A stretch of DNA of 24,000 bases from Pontiellaceae bacterium B1224 (GTDB taxonomy: Bacteria; Verrucomicrobiota; Kiritimatiellia; Kiritimatiellales; Pontiellaceae). A model generated the notes under the pieces. The model was not told the origin of the DNA. It ran no database searches and saw nothing but the letters and a program-made list of their open reading frames with translations. The stretch covers positions 161,770 to 185,769 of the forward strand of contig JAROBA010000002.1 of assembly GCA_029432815.1 (NCBI GenBank), given 5' to 3'. Shown here in pieces: positions 8,042 to 14,771 of this stretch. The position numbers were made by a program, and so were the translations under genes. Each line of letters starts with the position of its first letter. The stretch's first letter is position 1.

Positions 8042-8059
8042 GTGTACAAAATTGTACAC
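8042..8059. promoter_or_regulatory. Operator-like inverted repeat GTGTACA-AAAT-TGTACAC in the AT-rich leader of the ketosynthase operon
   Basis: It has perfect 7-bp arms and a 4-nt spacer (two TGTACA boxes). It lies just downstream of a possible TTGTGC(8001-8006)-N16-TACAAT(8023-8028) promoter and about 100 nt upstream of the likely KS start. Confidence 0.35.
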
Positions 8060-8155
8060 GAATACACTTATAGTGCTATGCGCACTTCATTGCGGTGCTC
8101 ATTAGGTTGCGCACAAAAGGGATACACTAATTATGGGCCAAGGGGAAATGCGCGC

Positions 8156-9385
8156 GTGATCGGTAAAAACAGAGTGGTCATCACTGGGGTTGGAGTGCTC
8201 GCAGCCAATGGCATTGGAAAAGAGGCCTTTTGGAATTCCCTCCTCGCTGGCGAATCCGGGATTGGACCAATTACTTTATTTGATACTTCTGATATACCGC
8301 ATGCTATTGCAGGAGAAGTGACTGATTTTAATCCTGAAACATATATAGAAAAGTCATTCAAACCGAAAAGAATGGCACGCTTTACTCAATTAGCTTTAGC
8401 AGCAACGAATTTAGCTATTGAAGATGCCCATGTTCTGGATTCCCTGAGAACAATAACTGTTCCAATTTGTATGGGAGTCAGCACAAGTGCAACCGAGGTC
8501 ATTGAAACTCAAGTTCTTAGAATTAATGATCGTGGAGTTCGATATGCCAGTCCTCTGACCGCAATCACTTCACTACCACAGGCTGGCGCAGGAACTATTG
8601 CTGCAGTTTTAGGCATCAAGACGGAAACGATGACCGTTTCTACAGGTTGCCCTGCCGGACTAGATGCTATTGCTTTGGCATTTGACTCAATTCGACGAGG
8701 TAAGAGAGATATTGCAATCGCAGGAGGGGCCGATGCTCCTATCACAAAATTAACCATAGCTACATTTGATGCAGCAAACATGATCCCCTCGGCCCACAAA
8801 CACCCGGAAAAAGCTAGTAAGCCTTTTGACCAGAATAGAGATGGAGGGGTCATTGCCGAGGGAGCATGCGTTTTGATACTTGAAAATCTGGATAATGCCC
8901 TTTCCAGAGGAGCCCAACCGCTCTTGGAAATTCTCGGCTACGGCTATGCAGGAGATAATCAAGGACAACCGCCAGGCCATGGATTAAATGACAGCATGTC
9001 TGAGGCTCTCTGCAATGCCGGCATAATGCCTCAGCAAATTGATTACATTTCTGCACATGGCCCAAGTGATATACACTTGGATTATATTGAGACCCTTGCG
9101 ATAAAAACAATATTTGGAGAACATGCCTACAAGCTCGCAGTCAGCTCCATCAAAGGTGTGACGGGCAACCCTTTGGCCGCCGCCGGCCCTATGCAGATAT
9201 CTGCCTGTGCGAAAGCATTCGCAACCGGGATTCTTCCTCCAACGGCAAACTATGAAACTGCAGATCCATCTTGCGATCTGGATTATGTTCCTCAGGCAAG
9301 AGAATCACAAATCGACTTCGCCATGATCAATAATCACGGTTTTGGCGGCAGCAACAGCAGCTTAGTGGTTAAGAGATATAAATGA
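8156..9385 (+). CDS. FabF/KAS-II-like beta-ketoacyl synthase with an atypical Cys-His-Asn active site
   Basis: The track ORF starts at 8042, but I prefer the GTG at 8156 (AAGGGGA 8140-8146 as RBS). That gives MIGKNRVVITGVGVLA, a typical KAS N-terminus. Motifs: active-site Cys in VSTGCPAGLDA (tgc 8648-8650), first His in ISAHGPSD (cat 9056-9058), and Lys plus Asn in SSIKGVTGNPLAAAG (aac 9167-9169) where FabF has GHLLGAAG. The C-terminal motif is NNHGFGGSN. Confidence 0.85.
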   Translation: MIGKNRVVITGVGVLAANGIGKEAFWNSLLAGESGIGPITLFDTSDIPHAIAGEVTDFNPETYIEKSFKPKRMARFTQLALAATNLAIEDAHVLDSLRTITVPICMGVSTSATEVIETQVLRINDRGVRYASPLTAITSLPQAGAGTIAAVLGIKTETMTVSTGCPAGLDAIALAFDSIRRGKRDIAIAGGADAPITKLTIATFDAANMIPSAHKHPEKASKPFDQNRDGGVIAEGACVLILENLDNALSRGAQPLLEILGYGYAGDNQGQPPGHGLNDSMSEALCNAGIMPQQIDYISAHGPSDIHLDYIETLAIKTIFGEHAYKLAVSSIKGVTGNPLAAAGPMQISACAKAFATGILPPTANYETADPSCDLDYVPQARESQIDFAMINNHGFGGSNSSLVVKRYK

Positions 9386-11898
9386 CACTTCTTATAATAG
9401 CCCTAATAAGCACTCAGTTCATCACATTATTTCTGGGTTTGCTCGTTTACTTAAACAACAAGACACGTCTCGTAAATAAGCAGTTCATTATTTTATCAAT
9501 ACACTTAACCACATGGGCTTTCTGTGTTTTGAAAATAATAGAATCCCCGACTTCCGCCTCGGCAAACTTCTGGATTCGAGGGGCCTTCTTCGTGACAGCT
9601 TTCTTTCCAGGTAGCTTCACGTTGATTTTATCGGCTATCAAATTCAGTAATTACACTTGGTCGATGCTGTATAAAAAACTTGCTCCCTATCTGAGCCTTA
9701 ACCTTATCGCTGCCTTATTGACCCTGACGCCATTCTTTATGAATAGCGTAAGCATCTCGCCCCAAATAGCTAATAATATAGCCAGCGTTCCAGAAGCTAC
9801 ATATGGCCCAGGATATTATATTTATGCAGTCTACTTCATCGTAACCTGCCTAATTGCCGGGAAAAAATTCTACCATACGTATAAAGAATCGTCCGGCATC
9901 GAACGTTTCGAACTGCAGTATATTTTATACGGTTTTAGTGCGACTTTCATCATTGGAGCTTTTGCATCCTTAATCCTTCCCATTCTGGCCGGAACAAATA
10001 AAACCAGTCAATTTGGTCCATTAGGCATCATTCTTCTGGATGGAATCGTTGCATACGGTATCACAACAAGGCGTATCTTGGGAATTGCCACCATTCTACA
10101 ACGAATCACAGCCTACATTCTGCTCACGTCGTATTTAATCGGCGTCTATTACATTACATGGCAAGTATCAGCTTTCGCTCTTGGAAGTTTAACTGAGACT
10201 TCAGAAAGGCTGCCCTATCTACTAGCCACTATGGCTGTGGTCTTCTCAATGTTCCCCGTACAAGGCCGCTTTCAGGCTGTTGCGAATAAGCTCATTGCAT
10301 CAAGAACAATGGATGTGCCGGCAACGATGAAGCAAGCCAACTTGATATTTCAGTCAATCACAACAATAGACGCATTGTTAAAACAATACTCAACTTTACT
10401 AGGCAACGCTCTCGAAACAACAGGAGTACACATTTTACTTGCCAACAACAAATCTTCAAATAATTTATATGTTAATTATAATAATATTTCAGATTCTTTA
10501 GCTTTTGATGGCCCCGTATGCCAACTCTTGATCTCTGAGCGAGAGCCCGTCAGCAGAGATACCCTAAAGCGGACACGAGCCACCAAATTAAACAATCTCG
10601 CAGAGCAAAGTCTTTCTGACAGAAATGCCAGTGTCGCCATAGGTGTCTTTGCACAAAATATTTTAAAGGGAGTTGTACTCCTCGACCCTAGACTTGACGG
10701 AAGAATATACGACCGAAATGAGCAGGATGCGCTACAGATGCTTTGTAACCAGTTTTCTGTAGCCCTTGAAAATGCTGATTTATATACAAAAATGCAGGAT
10801 AGTAAGATTCAGAATGAAATCATGCTGGATCAGTTGGTCAGCGGCGTTGTGGTGGCAAACCCTGAAGGTGAAATAACGCTGTTCAATCACGAGGCACAGC
10901 GAATTACAGGAATTGAGGATAAAGAAGCGATCGGTCAGAAAATTACAATCCTGCCCAAAGAAATCTATTTGGCCCTCGAGGTTACTCTCGAAAATAAAAA
11001 CGGCGTTCGCAACATTGACGCCACCTTGTTCCCACAGGAGGATTCTGAAGAGAGTAGAAAAAATATTCGTATGGGCTCGGCGTTCCTTTTCGGACATGAC
11101 GGCAAGCCTATGGGCGCCTTACTCGTGTTCACAGACATTACTGAATTGAAAGGCCTCGAAGAGCAGGTTCGTCGATCTGACCAGCTATCCAGCGTCGGCA
11201 CTCTGGCCGCCGGCATGGCACATGAAATCAAGAACCCGCTGGTCACCATTAAAACCTTCACGCAACTCTTGCCTAAACGATACGAGGATGAAGATTTTCG
11301 CAATGATTTTTCCTCGCTGGTTGCACATGAAGTTAACCGGATTGACGGCATCGTAAATGAGCTGCTTAGTTTCTCCAAACCGGCCAAGCCTCATCTGATA
11401 CCGATGAATATTCAGGAAACCATTGACCAATCCCTCAAGCTGATTCAAGAGCAGTTATCGCAGAAAAACATTACCCTCACTAATAACTGCCGGGCAGCCT
11501 CGACCCATATTTTCGGGGATGCAAAACTACTGTCTCAAGCACTAATCAACCTGAACCTTAATGCCATCGAAGCCATCGGGGAATCCGGCAGTATTACCTT
11601 TGGAACATTGAATTGCGCACACCGTTTTGCCAATGGCGACTCTCCTGGTATAGCAGTAACCCGGAAATGCATCCGGCTCCAGATTTCAGATACCGGGAAA
11701 GGCATTGAACGCTCTGACCTGCAGAAAATATTCGACCCGTTTTTTACCAATAAAAGCGAAGGCACCGGTATGGGGCTTTCTGTCGCACATGGCATTATTT
11801 CGGAGCACCACGGAGTTATTGAGGTTGAAAGCGAACCGGGACGCGGCACCTCATTCTATCTCTATATCCCACTCTTAGAGGAGGGAACTATGTCATGA
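9382..11898 (+). CDS. Membrane sensor histidine kinase: N-terminal multi-TM (about 8-9 helices, 7TM-HK-like) input, GAF-like, PAS, HisKA, HATPase_c
   Basis: 838 aa. Its start overlaps the KS stop (ATGA at 9382-9385). The first ~295 aa contain hydrophobic helices. PAS region: LVSGVVVANPEGEITLFNHEAQRITG. H box: GMAHEIKNPLVTIKTFTQLLP. N box: LNLNAIEA. G1: SDTGKGI. G2: GTGMGLS. Confidence 0.85.
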   Translation: MTLLIIALISTQFITLFLGLLVYLNNKTRLVNKQFIILSIHLTTWAFCVLKIIESPTSASANFWIRGAFFVTAFFPGSFTLILSAIKFSNYTWSMLYKKLAPYLSLNLIAALLTLTPFFMNSVSISPQIANNIASVPEATYGPGYYIYAVYFIVTCLIAGKKFYHTYKESSGIERFELQYILYGFSATFIIGAFASLILPILAGTNKTSQFGPLGIILLDGIVAYGITTRRILGIATILQRITAYILLTSYLIGVYYITWQVSAFALGSLTETSERLPYLLATMAVVFSMFPVQGRFQAVANKLIASRTMDVPATMKQANLIFQSITTIDALLKQYSTLLGNALETTGVHILLANNKSSNNLYVNYNNISDSLAFDGPVCQLLISEREPVSRDTLKRTRATKLNNLAEQSLSDRNASVAIGVFAQNILKGVVLLDPRLDGRIYDRNEQDALQMLCNQFSVALENADLYTKMQDSKIQNEIMLDQLVSGVVVANPEGEITLFNHEAQRITGIEDKEAIGQKITILPKEIYLALEVTLENKNGVRNIDATLFPQEDSEESRKNIRMGSAFLFGHDGKPMGALLVFTDITELKGLEEQVRRSDQLSSVGTLAAGMAHEIKNPLVTIKTFTQLLPKRYEDEDFRNDFSSLVAHEVNRIDGIVNELLSFSKPAKPHLIPMNIQETIDQSLKLIQEQLSQKNITLTNNCRAASTHIFGDAKLLSQALINLNLNAIEAIGESGSITFGTLNCAHRFANGDSPGIAVTRKCIRLQISDTGKGIERSDLQKIFDPFFTNKSEGTGMGLSVAHGIISEHHGVIEVESEPGRGTSFYLYIPLLEEGTMS

Positions 11899-13883
11899 AA
11901 ACCATGCCCTCCTGCCTCCTCTATTCCCGCGATGAAGAACTTGTTTCGCGTTTGATACGCATCACGACGTCAATTTCAGCAATCCATCCCATTGATGAGC
12001 AGAATGATTTAGAGCAATGGTTCCGGCAATTCGGCGATACCGTATTGCTGGCAGACCTGCGGGCACCAAACTGTCTGGATGCTATTGCAGAACTACGCAC
12101 CGAGTACCCTACCTCTATTTTTATTATGTTAGGAGCGGAACGCTCCGACCCCATGCTGGCGGCTCAGTTACTCGATCCATATGCAACCTGCGCCCTTGAA
12201 CCCGACCGTCGTGAATTTCAGGCGCTGGTTAAACAGGCCATTGAATGCCTTCTGCTCCGCCAGAAAAACAGGGTTCTTGAAGATGAACTGGCCGCACTCA
12301 ACGCCCGAAAAGTTGAGCATCGCCCGGAGCCTCGCACCCTATTCTCGGCTCCGTTGCGGAATTTCTCGAAAGCGCAGCGCAACTTCGACAATGTTGAAAT
12401 GTTGTTTGAAAGCGTGGTTGAAGGTTTGGTTGCCACCGCCCGGGTTTCCCGTGCCGGCATCTTTATCCAACCCGACCCCCACTCAGAATACGCCTTCGAA
12501 GCGGGAACACGCTGCTTAGCCGCCACTGAAAAACTAACCCTCCATCCAACAAATCCATTTGTCCGATGGTTGGAAATGAATACCCATCTCATATCGCGCA
12601 AAACGCTCGAAAATATTGTCGCTCCAGACGAGCGCGCCATGCTCAAACAGATGCTGGATTCGCTGGGAGCAGAAATCATTATTCCCCTCTACGCCACGGG
12701 GTGCATCAAAGGCTGGATATTTGTCGGGCAGCGCTCCACGGGAATTCCATTCGATGTCGCAGATCTTGAAGACCTGACCGGACTGGCCGATCACATTTCA
12801 ACCACACTGGAAAAGGCGTTCCAGTATGAAGAAACCGCGTTGCAGAAAGCACTGGCGGAAACGGTGCTCCACTCCATTCCGTTCGGCATCGTTGCGTGCG
12901 ATGAAAATGCGGTTATCCGGTGGTTCAATTCCTCGGCGAACGAAATACTCCAGCCGTCTGAAAGCGTTATAATCGGTGAGCGCGCAGAAATTCTCGGCAG
13001 CCGAATTGCCGACCTTTTCCACCGGGCCCTCGCCAACGATAGCGCATACGATATACGGGACTGGACCGATCCCCGGACCAAGCTCACCGTATCGGCCGAA
13101 ACCCGCTGCCTCACAGATAAGGGCCTGTGCGTGGGCGCCATGATCATGATCCGCGATATTACCGGAGCCAAACTGCTGCAGGAAAAAGAAGATCAGCTTG
13201 AACGTGCTTCCTTCTGGAATGAACTGGCCTCAAGTATGAGCCACGAAATCCGCAATCCGCTTGTGGCGATCAAAACCTTCTCTCAGCTGTTGCCGCAACG
13301 CTACGAAGATCCCGACTTCCGGTCTGAATTCAGCGAACAGGTAACTGCGGAAGTCGATCAGCTCAATCATATCATCGATAAAATCAATGAGTTTGCGAAT
13401 CCGCCTAAGCCGGTTTTCCAACCATTGGATGTTCGCAAACCCATCGAATTTGCCGTTACCCGAATCCAGAACGAGCTCGACCATGACAATCTGAAGATCC
13501 ACCTTTCTGCCGACGATTCCCTGCTCACGATCAACGGCGATGCCTCATCGCTCGAAGAAAGTATCTACCATCTGCTCAAGAATGCCGCGGAAAATCTGGC
13601 CAACAAACCCGGCTCCAGAATAAATGTCACCGTCAAAGGTCGCTCACCGGATAAAGGGACCGGCAACATCTATATCATGATCACGGATAACGGCAGCGGC
13701 ATCCATGAATCCGTTCGGGATAAAGTCTATTCGCCCTTCAGCACCATCAAAGCACGCGGGCTGGGCCTCGGAATACCGATTGCCAAACGCGCGGTCATCG
13801 ATCACAACGGCCAGATCGATATCGATACCAGTTCCGGAGGAACGACCGTATCAATCATTTTGCCCACACTGGAGGCGGAATAA
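11895..13883 (+). CDS. Cytoplasmic sensor histidine kinase: degenerate receiver-like N-domain, coiled coil, GAF, PAS, HisKA, HATPase_c
   Basis: 662 aa. Its start overlaps the upstream stop (ATGA at 11895-11898), with GAGGAGGG about 10 nt upstream. The N-terminal ~120 aa has a REC-like fold pattern (LLYSRDEE, VLLADLRAP), but the positions of the conserved Thr/Ser (IMLGAE) and Lys (ALEPD) are not conserved. H box: SMSHEIRNPLVAIKTFSQLLP. G1: TDNGSGI. G2: GLGLGIP. The kinase core is paralogous to that of the upstream kinase. Confidence 0.85.
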   Translation: MKTMPSCLLYSRDEELVSRLIRITTSISAIHPIDEQNDLEQWFRQFGDTVLLADLRAPNCLDAIAELRTEYPTSIFIMLGAERSDPMLAAQLLDPYATCALEPDRREFQALVKQAIECLLLRQKNRVLEDELAALNARKVEHRPEPRTLFSAPLRNFSKAQRNFDNVEMLFESVVEGLVATARVSRAGIFIQPDPHSEYAFEAGTRCLAATEKLTLHPTNPFVRWLEMNTHLISRKTLENIVAPDERAMLKQMLDSLGAEIIIPLYATGCIKGWIFVGQRSTGIPFDVADLEDLTGLADHISTTLEKAFQYEETALQKALAETVLHSIPFGIVACDENAVIRWFNSSANEILQPSESVIIGERAEILGSRIADLFHRALANDSAYDIRDWTDPRTKLTVSAETRCLTDKGLCVGAMIMIRDITGAKLLQEKEDQLERASFWNELASSMSHEIRNPLVAIKTFSQLLPQRYEDPDFRSEFSEQVTAEVDQLNHIIDKINEFANPPKPVFQPLDVRKPIEFAVTRIQNELDHDNLKIHLSADDSLLTINGDASSLEESIYHLLKNAAENLANKPGSRINVTVKGRSPDKGTGNIYIMITDNGSGIHESVRDKVYSPFSTIKARGLGLGIPIAKRAVIDHNGQIDIDTSSGGTTVSIILPTLEAE

Positions 13884-14092
13884 TGAGCCCCTTACATCAA
13901 TTCCAGTCATTGGAAAAACCGATAAATCTTGAAAAAGAAGTCGGAAAGTTTGAGCGGTCACTGATTCTCGAGGCATTGGAAAAATGCAATGGCGTGCAAA
14001 CCCAGGCCGCACAGCACCTCGGAACCACCCGCCGAATCCTGCGCTACCGTATGGACAAGCTGGGGATCGATCCCCGTTCGGAACGACAGTAA
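13883..14092 (+). CDS. Stand-alone Fis/NtrC-type helix-turn-helix (HTH_8) DNA-binding protein, 69 aa
   Basis: FERSLILEALEKCNGVQTQAAQHLGTTRRILRYRMDKLGI matches the C-terminal DNA-binding domain of NtrC-family activators and Fis. GGAGG at 13871-13875 lies 7 nt upstream of the ATG. The start overlaps the kinase stop (TAATG at 13881-13885). Confidence 0.7.
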   Translation: MSPLHQFQSLEKPINLEKEVGKFERSLILEALEKCNGVQTQAAQHLGTTRRILRYRMDKLGIDPRSERQ

Positions 14093-14121
14093 AAATCATC
14101 CGCGCGAATTAAATCCCCCCC

Positions 14122-14149
14122 TTGTCTAATTCAGTTGATGCTTTAAAGT
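14122..14149 (+). promoter_or_regulatory. Possible sigma-70-type promoter for the UspA-family gene (TTGTCT-N16-TAAAGT)
   Basis: The only support is the hexamer match (14122-14127 and 14144-14149). It lies about 25 nt upstream of the ATG at 14175 (GGAGGA RBS in between). Confidence 0.25.
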
Positions 14150-14174
14150 AACGTTTTAACTCATGGAGGATTGA

Positions 14175-14660
14175 ATGAACAACCTACTCGTTGCGGTGGA
14201 CTTTTCCAAATCCACAGATGCCGTTCTCTCGGAATCCGCTAAACTCGCCACAGCACTCGGTGCGAAACTTTGGATCGTACATGTCACAACGGATGAAACC
14301 CAGAACCTGATGTACGAATCCACACAATACACCGGCTTTGATTTCGATTTCACCCCAATGCCCGGCGATATCGAACTGGCGCGCGACATCACGGCCGAGG
14401 AAATTAAAAGGGAGCATGATCAACTGCTTGGAATGACCGCCAAATTGCGGGAAAGCGGCGTCACCACCCAGGCCCTCATCCTCCAGGGCAACCCGGCGCT
14501 TGCCATCCTTGAAAAAGCCGCCGAACTTAGTGCCGACATGATTATCCTCGGCTCACACGGTCACGGCCTGATGCACAAAGCCCTGCTGGGCAGCGTATCC
14601 GAATCCATTATCCACAAATCTCCCGTAAAGGTATTGATCATACCCTCCCAAAAAGAATAA
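14175..14660 (+). CDS. Universal stress protein (UspA family)
   Basis: 161 aa. It shows the typical Usp pattern: N-terminal LLVAVDFS, LWIVHV, and the C-terminal ATP-binding-type motif MIILGSHGHGLMHKALLGSVSESIIHKSPVKVLII. A GGAGGA RBS precedes the ATG. Confidence 0.85.
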   Translation: MNNLLVAVDFSKSTDAVLSESAKLATALGAKLWIVHVTTDETQNLMYESTQYTGFDFDFTPMPGDIELARDITAEEIKREHDQLLGMTAKLRESGVTTQALILQGNPALAILEKAAELSADMIILGSHGHGLMHKALLGSVSESIIHKSPVKVLIIPSQKE

Positions 14661-14720
14661 ATACCGAAGCGGTCTGAGTTGTCCAAACAGATCATATTAA
14701 GATCGTTCTTTAATTGTTTG

Positions 14721-14750
14721 AATTTGGAACACGCGGCGAAAATGCCGCGT
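14721..14750 (+). terminator. Rho-independent terminator downstream of the UspA-family gene
   Basis: Stem ACGCGGC, loop GAAAAT, stem GCCGCGT (a 7-bp GC-rich stem), followed by TATTTTTTTG. It starts 60 nt after the usp stop and ends 22 nt before the moxR-type ATG. Confidence 0.6.
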
Positions 14751-14771
14751 TATTTTTTTGAAAGGCACACA

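Noticed and set aside
7647-8073. ORFs 7647..7934 (-) and 7867..8073 (+) between the rSAM and KS genes. I checked them as a possible acyl carrier protein or small regulator.
   Set aside because: Neither has an ACP DSL motif or an HTH pattern. The first is mostly antisense to the rSAM 3' end, and the second runs through the AT-rich promoter/operator region.
8042-8155. N-terminal extension of the ketosynthase ORF from GTG 8042 (MYKIVHEYTYSAMRTSLRCS...)
   Set aside because: It would begin inside the operator-like palindrome and add 38 residues not seen in KAS enzymes. GTG 8156 has a good RBS and gives the canonical N-terminus.
10441-10500. Very AT-rich stretch (11/60 G+C) that looked like a possible insertion or repeat
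   Set aside because: It stays in frame and encodes an Asn-rich linker (ANNKSSNNLYVNYNNISDS) between the membrane domain and the GAF-like domain of the kinase. There are no flanking direct or inverted repeats.
13851-14099. 82-aa minus-strand ORF antisense to the HTH_8 gene
   Set aside because: The plus-strand reading gives an unmistakable Fis/NtrC-type HTH with a GGAGG RBS. The antisense product has no motifs.
14679-14771. N-terminal extension of the MoxR-type ORF
   Set aside because: It would translate through the terminator hairpin and T-run. ATG 14772 gives the N-terminal length expected for MoxR proteins.
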